Assembly (NCBI GenBank): GCA_002633005.1
Contig: NMRA01000951.1
Span: forward strand, 1 to 64,000
Origin: Phoronis australis
Lineage: Eukaryota > Animalia > Phoronida
Length of the DNA stretch: 64,000 nt
Reading direction: 5' to 3'
Shown here: positions 49,301-61,010 of the stretch, one piece after another
Layout: every line of letters begins with the position of its first letter
How positions within the stretch are numbered: the first letter of the stretch is position 1
The notes under the pieces: model-generated
What the model was told of the DNA's origin: nothing
The model's database searches: none
What the model saw: the letters and a program-made list of their open reading frames with translations, nothing else
Position numbers and translations under genes: made by a program

Positions 49301-51677
49301 CTAATAACATTGCATACCAATTTGTAACCGAATTTTGTGTACTTTCTTTGTTTTGCTCATGGTCTGTTGATTTTACACATCACGTTGTTTTTTTGTTGTT
49401 TACATAGGAGAAGTTCCGTATTCGTGAGCTGGAGACAATAAAGCGAGTGAGAGAAGAATGTGAACAGCGAGCTGCAGAGGAGGCAGCTAGAGTGGCAGAG
49501 TTGCACAAGATTGAGCTGGAGAAACAGAGACAACGGTGAGCATGTCTATAACTTGTGTTGATTGACTGGAATCACCAGTGGAACATGGTATGCACTGTTC
49601 AACAGCGAGCATGTCTGTAATTTGTGTTGGTTGACTGGCATCAACAGAGCAGTGGTATACAGTGTTCATAAGTGACCTTAGTTTAGTGTGCAACTTTGTT
49701 AACTCTTCTGAGAACAAGGAAAGTGTGACTAGATTGTTAACTTGTATGAAACTTAGACCTAAGGTACATGTGACGTAATAGCTCTATTTCGTTTAAGCAG
49801 ACATCTTTTATTAGTTATCATAAGATGGAAATTATTTCAAATCTGTCGTGCTGAAGTCCACTCAATGGTGACAGTTAGTCAATCTCATTTTTCAGATACT
49901 CCATCCTTCATCAGAAATTTCAGAAAGAAATTGCCCATAAACAAAGAGTAGAGAAAGATTTCATGGTGAGTGTCATTACTTGAACCATGTGTAAACTAAC
50001 TGAGGTCTTCTGTTGATCCATGCTGAAGTTCTACCAAGAAGAAATCTTTCTACAATGGAAGCAAAGAGTACTGAGGGTGCTTACGAAACGTTTACAATGA
50101 AGACTGCCTTCTATAATGGTTTTACCTGACTAAGGCACAACAAATGACTACATATAAGCTTGAGATTTCAGTTCTGTTGTGTGCCAAAACTCCATCAAGC
50201 TTAAGTGAGAAGAGTAGCTGTCTAGGTAAATGAATGTCTTGGATTCAGAACTTTAATGGTGCATGTAAATTCGGAAGATATTTTTACACTTTTTTCACAT
50301 TCTTTGCTTGCTACCGCAACAGAAGGCTAGTTTATAGTGAATCTGAAACTTATATCTCAGCTGTCCAGGTTGCTATCATTATAGTTTGGATGTTTAAATC
50401 AGGGACCAGGTAAATGCAGGGTTTCCATTTGGACACCACTTTAATTATTAAGTCCTTTCTATGAGCAGCGGTGGTGTGTCGTATGTACAGTGTTTTTATT
50501 TAACATGATGCCCAGTGGATAGTCCAGACAAAGAGTTCAGCCATGCACAACATACTTGGTGTTACTAGAGTCCCACAAGCACAAGTCAAATATGGTGGAA
50601 GTTCCCTGCATACATACTGCAACAACAGATTGTTTTTGATGTTTTTCCCGATAAACCACACAATCACAAATGGCCCTGTAAAAGAATAAATTATTAAATT
50701 AACTGTTTCACTTAATGGTATCCACAATTTCAAGTGTCTGAGATTATTAACAAATTCATGTCAATTGAGCTTCAGTCACCTATCAGATCAATTCAAACAG
50801 CCAGGTACTGTGGTTGCCACTGCCCACAATTAGGTGTGCTGATACGCTATTCCACAGCACAACTTACAATGAGGAACAACTGTCTTTACATAATTAGACA
50901 GTGTAGTTTTATTGGTGGCCACTAATAGTCTGGTTGTGGAACGTTGTTGGAAAGGTTGCATTTTTCTTTAAGTCACTTTGTGCTCACTCACTTAATAATA
51001 TGTTCTACTTGACAATGTTCAATTGTTAATTTTTATTCACATTCAGGTACAGGTAAAGAAAAAACATTTGCGAAATGTTATGAAGGTGAACGCATTTTCC
51101 TTTGGGTTTTGTTTATTCTGGCATATATTCCCAGTCAAATATTCAGATGATCGCGAGGTTTACCATGTGATTTTTCCCGCAAGCACTTTTCATTGTCCGA
51201 TCTCCGTAAATTATTGAACCGCTCTGTAAGTGTCCCAAGCTCATCTAAAACCATCCAGCTTTTTCGTTGGCAAATAATGTTTGTCACACAAAGATGGAGG
51301 AAGATGGCAGTGTTTACATTTTTCGAGCACCCTGATTGGGTGTAATTAATAGCTTGATTGACATATTAGAATTGTCCAGACTTTGGTTTCTGATTTGTTC
51401 ATTTACCATGTCCATCATGCCAATGTATTGGTTGTTCTTGCTGTAGGAATTACAAGAAGACTACAGGCGCTTCATGGACTACACAGACGGCCAGTATCAC
51501 TCTGACTTCATGATGATGTTACGTAATTATGGACTCCAGCTCGCACACAAACGGGTCAGCGAGGTTTCGTATAAAGACATAGAGGGCGCCACTAAAGAAG
51601 AGCCAGCGAAGTCACCACGAAAACCAATCATAAATCTCAACATTCCAACGAAATTAGACAATACTCTGAAGACATGA
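43317..51677 (+). CDS. Uncharacterised coiled-coil protein, C6orf163-like, about 321 aa, 7 exons
   Basis: Exons 43317-43425, 45161-45342, 46156-46289, 46924-47035, 49408-49535, 49896-49965 and 51447-51677 are GT-AG and in phase (966 nt). E/K/R/A-rich heptads. The C-terminal ELQEDYRRFMDYTDGQYHSDF resembles what I recall of C6orf163-family proteins. The start codon is uncertain (in-frame ATG at 43212), and an exon could be hidden in the N gap. AATAAA at 52056. Confidence 0.8.
45679..46015 (-). mobile_element. Solo LTR (292 bp, Gypsy-like) plus 18-nt tRNA-Lys(CUU) primer-binding site plus inverted copy of the LTR end
   Basis: Minus strand reads TGTGAC(46015)...AATACA...TGTTACA(45724), TT, TGGCGCCCAACGTGGGGC (45721-45704), then 25 nt complementary to the LTR 3' end (45703-45679). 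Confidence 0.8.
49531..49668. repeat. About 68-bp tandem duplication spanning a donor site
   Basis: caacg|gtgagcatgtctataacttgtgttgattgactgg.. versus caacagcgagcatgtctgtaatttgtgttggttgactgg.. Confidence 0.75.
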
Positions 51678-52694
51678 AATTTCTTGAACTGAACTGTAAA
51701 TTTAAAAGGAGACGCACAGAGAGACCCGAACAATCTAAATTGGCTGGCCAGTGCCAGTTCAATGATGCTAGATGTTTACAAGTGAAGGCAAGTGAGGTCA
51801 CATGCTTATATCGTAATGCGTGGTGATACCATGTCAAGAATTATATGACTTTACTAAACCCACCTTATGGAGCACAGTCCTGTTAACTAGACACGGACTT
51901 GTGGTGTAAAATTCAACTTCCGAAGTGCAACCCTGTTAAATAGGCAATGACTCATTGTGATGTAAAGTTCAACTCAAGAAGTCATTAGATGGGATCGTAG
52001 AGTGCTGAAATTTATTTACTGATAGTCATCACACTAGTTACTGAAGCCATGACAAAATAAACATATTTACTTTATGACCCTTGTCCTCATGGTCTTGGGG
52101 GGGTGATCTTCTGGTTTACTGGCCGACCTCATATTGGGCACCTCGTAGTAAACAAATCAAGCCAGAGATTGTATACAATATAAGGGCACTCATATAACCA
52201 CTTAAGCTTGTGAAAAACTTGGTGTTCTTGGCTCTAAAAAGTATGAATCACTCCATACTCACAATTAAGTTAATGGTCTCCTGCTAACATGTCTGTATTG
52301 GAAACTCTGTGATTGCACACGGGGAAGAACACTCAACTTGCAAATCTCAACTTTTAGACAAACAAGACTAAAATGTTAGTAAAGTTGTTAAGTTCACTTC
52401 TGCAACCAAATTCATACATCCCTGGTGAGACAAGTAGTTTTGTCTCAGCGCTTAAACTTGTCTTCCATCCATGTTCCCAAGGTGCACAAAGAATCACAGA
52501 CTGTTACATCACTCATTGTCTGTAGTGCAACAAAGAGACTGCACTGGCAACACCACCTGATCTGACACTGATCAATAACAGATTATCAACTTCTGAACAA
52601 GCAGCCATGGAACTCAACACACTCTTGTTCAGTGAAACCCCTCTAGTACACGAGCACCACAAACAGAAATTATTCTATTCAGATTTTAAATTAA

Positions 52695-54770
52695 TCAGCT
52701 CACTTCAGTATTTTTGATGAGTTCAGTTTTAGTCTTACTATCAGTCCATCTGATATCACATTGAAAGTGTTCAGCGAACGCATCCACAAATGGTTGTATT
52801 GCATCCTCAACAGTCACTATGACGCCGGCTTCTTGGCTTAATGATGTCACACCTTTATCAGGTATACCGCAAGGTGTGATGTGCTGGTACCATGTGAGAT
52901 CTGTGTTACAGTTGAGGGCTACTCCATGACTTGTGATGAAGCGCCGGGCGTGCACACCTGTAGTTCAAACAAGATATAAATCCGGTACAGGGACACGCTA
53001 GTGTCAGTACGCTAAATATAAAACTGGTACTGGGACAAGCTAGTGTCAGTAACCTAACTATAAATAAACTGCTACTGGGACAAGCCAGTGCCAGTAATCT
53101 AAGTATAAAACTGGTACTGAGACGAGCTAGTGTCAGCAGCCTAAATATAAATAAACTGGCACTGGTAAAAGCTAGTGTCAGTAACCAAAGTATTGCATAA
53201 AAAATTCTAAAATGAGTGTTAAGAAATGGACTCACTGCATGCATGTTGGAGTATGAAACTTTTTCAAATGATCTAGAGTCGGAGGAGTAATCTGAAAAAA
53301 ATGAATGTACTTCATATTACCTATAGCTGCCAGTTTACGATCGTCGACCCAGACTCCTGTGTCTTCCGTGGTCGTAGCCTCAACACCAAAGTGTACACAC
53401 GCACTGATTAAGGTCTTCTCCAGGCTGGATATATACCATTTCATACCTGTATAGACAAGTTATACCTATACAGACAAAGCCAGTTTATTTCTAAATGAAT
53501 GAGTTTTACACAAAGCTTTAGACTTATTTTGTACTGTCCAAGTTGAAGATAAACCACTCATTTAAACATCACAATTAAATGCCTTCTAACAGCTGGTTCA
53601 GAATGATTTTGCCACAGATAAAGGGACATTTAAACTTTACAAATTTTGATTAATAAGTTTTTACAAAATTTGCAATTTTTATCAGAAGTTTATAGTATCA
53701 AAAATATGTGACCTACAGCAAGTGCGGTTATTTTACTTTATATTAAGCACTAAGAGAAGTTGCAGTAGTAAAGAAACAGTTTGAAACTACTACTGTGACA
53801 TGATGCCTAAAACAACAGCTTTTACCAGTATTATTAACTTTCTGCTATAACACTGAAGGTAAATCCAATTTTTAAATTTAGCATGAAAACATCCAAACAA
53901 AGAGCAACTACAATACTTTTTCTTAACACCAAAATGTGTACGAGTGCCTACAAGTGTCACTTCACAGTTTCTTGACAACATCCAACTCGGATCAACTCGG
54001 CCTATTTTCTTAGGCTTCTCAAATTGTTACTCAGCAGTGTTTCACACCTGCGCATGTGCCATCTTCAATCCTTACAGCAAGTCATGTGACTTTCAAAATG
54101 GAGAATGCTGTTGAATGTGCCAGGATATCCCCATGAGAACAAGCTTAAAGAAGAATTAACAGAACATCCAAAGGTAGAATTGAGAATGACCGCCGCGAAT
54201 GACTTTTACGATCTGCTGGGTTAAAGCAATGATTTCAGAGGTATCTTGACCACATTACGTAATGATTGAACTTACATGTGTGCAGATGTGAAACACAGCA
54301 TTATGAGGTGTTCCAGATGTGACAAAGCAGTCCATTATCTCTAAGGTCTACCCAGGACAATGTTTCTACTTTTCAACGACTTCAGTGTTAGGAGTTTTAT
54401 TTGGCCACAAACGATATATTATCTCTAATAAGCAACCTTTGACAAAGTGCGCCAGGTTAAGTACAGGATATGCCACCAGCTGGCCGGGTCCATGAAACGT
54501 GATCAAGCCCCCTCTTTGGGTGCTGTAGAACTCTGCCCCTAGTCCCTTCAGTCTCCTCTCCTCCTCGCCACTGTACTGCCCCCGTCTCTTCCCCACTGTG
54601 TACACAGCAGGGTGCTCCACCAACACCAGTATGTTGCCAGGGCGATGAGTGACATGATCAGACAGCCAGTCCAAGTGCTGGCGTGCTAACCTCTCTTGGA
54701 TGTGCAGTGATGGTAGATATCCCAGTCGGCCAAGGTGTACAACCGACACCAAAGGTTTGGTCGAGACCAT
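52695..54770 (-). CDS. LIPT2: Lipoyl(octanoyl)transferase 2, mitochondrial (LipB family), about 240 aa, 3 coding exons
   Basis: Exons 54770-54437, 53446-53321 and 52957-52695 are in phase (723 nt). Motifs VEHPAVYTVG, RGGLITFHGPGQLVAYP, TGVWV..RKLAAIGVH, ITSHGVALN and ITPCGIPDKGVTSLS. Confidence 0.96.
52975..53187. repeat. 41-45 bp x5 minisatellite next to the LIPT2 exon 3 acceptor
   Basis: Unit ataaaactggtactgggacaagctagtgtcagtaacctaa. Confidence 0.85.
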
Positions 54771-55229
54771 TGGTAAATCTGAAATAATGAGCAAAACACT
54801 GATACAATTTTTGACTACTTCAAACATTCTTTCCTATACCTAACACAATCATAAGTATACAGTGTAACACTCGATCCTACACTTGAAAATGAATTCATAA
54901 CTGTGCCTTTTCATCTCAAGCCACAGCAACAAATTCTTCAGCCAGTGGAGGTTTAGAGTAAAACCTGTGTGAAAATTAAAGACTTCACCAGTGACCTGTA
55001 CATGAAGCTTATTTGTATACAAGCTGTTTTGGGGTTAAGATTTCTTGAGCAGTTTATATGACAAAACTCATTAAACCTTTCTAGATGAAATCAAAAGACT
55101 CGCACCATTCAACCAAAGACAGATGATAAAATATCATTCTTGATAGCTTCAATTTAGTCAGAAAATTTGCTATTCGACTGAAAAGTTCAGCTTGATCATC
55201 TGAGCTACAAGTACATGTAGTGCATCACA

Positions 55230-55607
55230 GCATATCAGAAAGTTGCCGGTTTGTCGCGTAAAATCACGACGTCGATAACGCCGTCCATCCGTAATTCATC
55301 GGTAATTTCCTTACCGTCCTTGACCTCTAACCAACACAGTTAGAAGTGTGTTTGGGCTTTTTGGGAACATTTTTGTGCTTTGACAGCGAATTTCTTGCGA
55401 ACTCGCTGGAGCAGACACCGTGAATGGTATTATAAGAAAGAACAATTTCTCATGGCTTGTTGAACCCCTGTTTTGTGTAAATTTATTTAGTTATGTGTTT
55501 GCTATGGACGGCTGAAGTGAAGCACCCGTGGAATTTCTAGTCCCGAGTGTCATACCTTGTAGTATTATATGTAGTGTATTGGGGACGATCAGCTGAGGGC
55601 GTCTGTG
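55230..55607. mobile_element. Solo arm of the same foldback family as 20512-21222
   Basis: ..tttgtgctttgacagcgaatttcttgcgaactc..gctatggacggctgaagtgaagcacccgtggaatttctagtc..gctgagggcgtctgtg matches 20965-21222. Confidence 0.85.
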
Positions 55608-56249
55608 GCTGGCACAGGCTACCGGAGTACTGCTGTATTGGGCAAGTGCAGAAAAACGATCTGATTATACGAATAATGCAAAACATGTACATATATTAAA
55701 CCTAAGCATAATGTGGCAAAAATTCAGTGAGCACCTCACTGTCTAATACTACAGGATGAAAAAAAACAGCACAGAAGCCAGACAAAACTCGTACCCTGCA
55801 GCTCACATCTCCATATTGAAATTTTAGCATAGCGCCATCTGGAGATCCACTGCTTCACAGCACGCGGGATAAGCAGAGCGGTATGCTCGTAGGCTACCGC
55901 AAAACTACTAGAATACAACATTCGTACGTAGGTTTACGTCACAGCTAGACTATACGGCGTTCAGTTTGACGGTCCCGTTTCAGCTGCGCCAGGTGCAACC
56001 AAAGAAACCTAGTGATGGACGAAAACTAGCCAGTTCACCTCAAGCTCAGATCAGCTCTAGGCCCACTACCCGTGAGAGCGCGGAACATTTCGGAGATCAG
56101 TAGCCAATATAACCATGACCACACCAGTGTCTACATCAACACACATGCACTGCTCAGTGTGTGTGAACTTGGAATCTTGCTAAATCTCAAGATCGCGACT
56201 GCGTGCACTGAATTGTTCCCGTGCACCCAAATACGTCATTCGCTTAGGG

Positions 56250-56770
56250 CAACGTTTCACTTTTTTTTTGTCAGATGTTTTTCAAACGTCGAGTTAAGTT
56301 GCAAAATTTGGGTTGCAAACAAAAAGTGGAGAGAATTTGCACTCCGAGTTAGTTTGGATCTTTAACGACTTTGATGACAGCCAGTAGCAGGTCAGACCTA
56401 GGAAAATCATGAATACTTTTTCAACGGGCATTTTCTCAATTTTCACATCACAAACGTAGCTACTCGAATGCACGTGTCAGTTAGGGAGCACTGATTCAAC
56501 TTTCACGTCGGCAACTTGCCTTGCGCTTTAGGGCCTTTCAAAGGCGGTCCTGAAGAATAGTAATATCGGACCTGCATGAACGAACTCACTTTTGCGATCT
56601 GAAATTTGTCAGTATTTAACACTGCAGGTAAGAGCATAATCTAAACATTTTCTCGGTGATCTCAAAAATCAATTTTGGAGCGTAGAAATGGCTGGATTTT
56701 GAAAATGCGACCTGGGATTTTGGCTAGGTCGCAAAATGCGACCTGGCGATTTGAATAGCGTCGAGCCCTG
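56250..56770. mobile_element. 3' portion of the hAT-like family seen at 6391-7763
   Basis: Shares gagcactga.t.aactttcacgtcggcaact and the terminus aaaatgcgacctgg..atagcgtcgagccctg with 7250-7763. Confidence 0.75.
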
Positions 56771-56976
56771 AATATGACAAAGAATGATGGCGATCTACAA
56801 AACAAATAAAACATCTGTGACTTATGAGTAGATCTACGCTAGCTAAAGACTGTAATAAACTAATGACAAACTGAACTGTGTGCTTAAACTAACAGCATAC
56901 ATGAATCTAATGTACCTATATAGAACTAGAAGTGTTCACAGGCACTGTGGGCTGGAGGCTGCCATATTGAGAGCAG

Positions 56977-57020
56977 CCAGCGCCATCTATAGGGGAACAT
57001 AGTGAGCCCTCTAGTGGCAG
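56977..57020. promoter_or_regulatory. Two tandem CTCF-like motifs
   Basis: Reverse complements are cctatagatggcgctgg and ctgccactagagggctc, close to the CCASYAGRKGGCRS core. Confidence 0.4.
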
Positions 57021-57043
57021 TACCAATATTGTCTACACGTCAG

Positions 57044-57441
57044 GGCCCGGTCGCTAATCTTTGTACTCGAAACGAACTCGAAACTATTTTTGGCAATGTC
57101 TCTGCTCCTTTTGTGCGAACTTAAGATAATTGGTTATCAGACTGTGCTCGAATACATTATAGTTTATGTTTAGGAGTTTCTAGTTCAAGATTGCCCTTGA
57201 AGACCCTTATATCATTCGTGCTACAAACTCGAGTAAAAACTCGAAATTTCGAGTTCAAACTCGAACTTATTGCTTTAATATTGGGTTTACAAACTGTGAA
57301 CTAAGAGCAATAAATTATCTACGTAAGTTATTGTGTACTCGAGCATAGAATAATAGACACTTATCTTGAGTTCGCCCAAAAGTAGAGTAGAAAATGCCAA
57401 ACCTAATTTCGAGTTCCATTTCGAGTATTGGAGATCGGCCC
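57044..57441. mobile_element. Palindromic MITE flanked by CAG (PIF/Harbinger-like 3-bp TSD); diverged second copy at about 59515-59920
   Basis: cag|ggcccggtc..tactcgaaacgaactcgaaa ... tttcgagttccatttcgagta..gatcggccc|cag. The core aaactcgagtaaaaactcgaaatttcg..aaactcgaacttat recurs at 59705-59770. Confidence 0.6.
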
Positions 57442-60400
57442 CAGGTTTACGTTGATAAAAATTTGCTCTAACTTGATCAAATTACATGTACCAATCCTTT
57501 TTAGAGTGGGTATCTTGTTCACCAAACAATAATTGATTAAACGGCACATAGGCCTATTACTCCGATTCTTTGACACAATTTAATCTAAACCGGGAGAAGG
57601 TGATCATCTGAGGCTAATAATTATAAAAATTCTTTACACTGAATAAAAAAATTCACCTCAGTAATTGTTGGAATATTCAGTTTCAAGTTCACACATACGC
57701 GATCTTGAGCTTAAGCAGGATTCCACGTACGTTCACGCATAGCAGCACCGGCCTCTGCCGGCCGGTCCCGGCGATCCAAATGACAGTCGAGAAAGCCGGA
57801 CACGGACTGAACGGGTAAAACAAAACTTTATTTGAAATCGGTATGGTGAAACATTAGAATAAGCTAATGAACTATAAACGGCAAATTAGACTGAAAAACT
57901 ACAAAGTTAGACCACTCAGGTTTGTGAATTATACGAAAGCAATAGTCTTCAGTTGATCTGTGTAAAATATTGGTACCCTATGCATACTTTTTCCAAATAA
58001 TTAATTCCAAGAACAGCATTTCTTTTAATTCAGTTATTAGGAAAGCATTATTGATGAAAAGAGAACCTCCGTGTGTCGGGCTACCAGGAGCATGATTTTG
58101 GTGACTATGTTACACCATAGCTGATACTATAGTCTATGGTTTCACATTTCTAACAGATTAAGATGCTCAAGCACTGGCACTCAAACACAAAAATTTTCAC
58201 CGCATTTATGCACGCCCTTAAAATAACTGTGATTTGAGGTGATCTGGAACTATTTTTTTAATGTTTTTTCATGGGAGTCGGACGAGGGATGTGCAGACCC
58301 ACATTTTCCAAAAAGGTTCGTAACTTTCCCTAGAATTCATAAACAATCGTTGATACGGAATGCTGTTACAAAGTACTCTAAGGATATTAATTTAACATCT
58401 TGACACCCAGTTTAATGAAGTAAAGAGTGAGGGCTTTCTCTTCATCAAGTCGTGGAAACAGTCCATCGTCAGACGCGCCTCTAAATTCCAGCTTCGATCA
58501 CCTAAACTGCTGTCTTGGACTAACAAACACCAAACTCTCGGAGCAAATTCAACGCACATGCACCGAAACTACTCGATCTGTGCCCGTCACGGTGATTAAA
58601 CTCCATATACTCATGTCCTCAAGCGTAGGTGCGCCTGTTGTCTGTAGTGGCGTAGATATGGAATTTGAACCTACGTAGATATATTGTTTGCTGGTCCGGA
58701 ACCGGGGTTTAGGGAATCGTAGCTGGAATTTAGGGGCGGTCCATGGAATCATTTGCACCTCCAGAATAATAGAAAACAAGACATAGATATACTTTGCGAC
58801 AGACTGAACATAACAGAAAACAAAATAAACTTATGCACGATATTATTAATATTAAAATTACAAACTACCTCATCAACAAAGGTGAAATAATTTCTTCCGA
58901 CCAGAACAAGTTGGGACAGTGCCAAGGAAGTTGGATTATTTTGGACCGTCTCGCAACCTGCCTCCATCACAATCTGGTGAACTATTCGAAAACAAGCCAA
59001 TTTGGTAAAACATTCTCCCCGTACGATTTGATGCTTATTTCAACTATTCAAAGTGTAATTTTTGAGACAGACAGTGCTGTTACTGCCGCAACCGTGACAC
59101 TCGCACCACTGAGTGTTGGCCTGGACACCGCGCCTCCACCTGGACATATCGGGTGGCTGGTATTTCATTAATTGTAAACACTCTCTCGCCACTTATGAGA
59201 GGGATTGAACTGATGCTTCTGGGCCATTGTTTCCCCATTGTGCTTGGCTTTTCCTTTTCGGGTAAGTGTATCCGCCAACTATGCAAGACATCGGGTGCAG
59301 GCATTGGAACAGGCCAGCCACTGAGGTGCATGGGCGGCACGTACAGTACTGAAAAAGTNCGCCTATATACCATGTGCGAGGTAGCATTGAAAAAAGTGGG
59401 AGGCTGTAGGCCCCCCCAGCCCCCTATGGTCGGCGTCGCCGGCTTGAGGTGTCCATGCAGTTCCTCCTCGATTACTTGTGGACGGTTTAGTACTCACCAG
59501 GTTACTCCACACCAAAGGCCAGTTATTTAATCTTTGTACTAGGCGAAATAGTACTCAAAAATATTTGCGGCATTTTCTGTTCTACTGCAACACGACTCTG
59601 GATAACATCCGAGTCTAATAATGTGTGTTCGAGTAAATTAAGGTTTACGCAGATGGGTGTCCACTCCAAGTTTTCACTTGATGACGCCCCCTCCCCCTTT
59701 TTAGCTACAAAATCGAGTAAAGTCTCGAGATTTCGGGCAAGTTAGACATCCAGTCCAAACTCGAACTTATATGTTTAGTGCTAGGGTCAGAGCAAGCTAG
59801 AATTAGGCAGTTATCCAAGTAAACAATAATGCGCCCGAGCACATTGTCGATATCTTGAGTTTCCAAGCAGTGCCTACAAAAGCAGTAAAGTTAGATTATG
59901 GAGATTACATAGCGAGCCCAGGTTAGAAAAGTCAGAGGTACACACATGTAAGGAACACCGCAGACGGTGAGTAATTACGAGCTCACTTGACTTGTGCCTC
60001 AAATGAAATAAAACTTAGCTGAGCTCGACACAGGCGTAAAGACCTAAAAACTGCAGGCTAGTTCATTTGATTGTTCTTAAACCTTTTCGTAATTTGTCGA
60101 AACGTCGTTACTATAATTGTTAATCACTTGACCTAGAATCAGTCGAGATGTGTCGCATGTGACCATCTAAATCAACACGGTCAAAAATGCTCCTCTTAAG
60201 ATTTAACAGAATACGCAATACGTTGAATGATTAAATAACACCAGAAAAAGATTTGAATTGTCACTATTTTCTGTTTTCACTGTCTAAACATTTCCGCCAA
60301 CGAGTAAATATGTTAGGGTCCCTTTGACGCCGCGGGTCCCTACTGGGCCTCAGAAATGGTAAATCCAAGCACATACAACTTTTCATAAGTCCATTTTGGC

Positions 60401-60780
60401 TAGAGTAAAAAAATACTTACGTCTATAATAATTAATTATAAAATATCCGTGCCACAAATTATGATCCACGACAACCTTATCAACCTGACAGTTGTTTTTT
60501 CAACACCCTCATCTCGCCAGTGATCATGCAGTGATAGATTAAGTAAGAGGTAGACAGTTTTATCCAAAAGCTTGTTTTCGTGCTTACTAATAACCTTGCC
60601 TTCATACTTTGAGACGCTTAAATTATAGCGAGTGTTAATTTTGTTCTTATTGAGAATATTTCGATACATTATATTGTAATGTAACAGCTGCTTCGGGAAC
60701 ACCGGCTTTATTTCTTGGTCATTCGATACAAAATATCAACTAGTACGTTATTGCTGCTTGCAGATATTAGATGGACGCTG

Positions 60781-60837
60781 ATTAGATGAACGTTCATTAG
60801 ATGAACGTTCATTAGATGAACGTTCATTAGATTAACG
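60781..60837. repeat. 15-bp tandem repeat (about 4 copies) in the TPR gene 3' UTR
   Basis: attagatgaacgttc repeated. Confidence 0.85.
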
Positions 60838-61010
60838 CCATGATCTTAATTCATCAGAATTGTTTCAAAACACTGTACAACTTGTACGTTTTTCATCTGC
60901 CAAGTCACTGTCGTTGTACAACAAACAGCTTCTCATACTACTGATATTAAATGTTGACGACATCCTATTGATAAAAGCACTTTTCTTACTATATGCACAA
61001 TTACCCTTTT

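Noticed and set aside
58427-59530. Cluster of 60-125 aa ORFs on both strands
   Set aside because: No recognisable domain or consistent splice chain; interrupted by a single-N join and MITE-like sequence.
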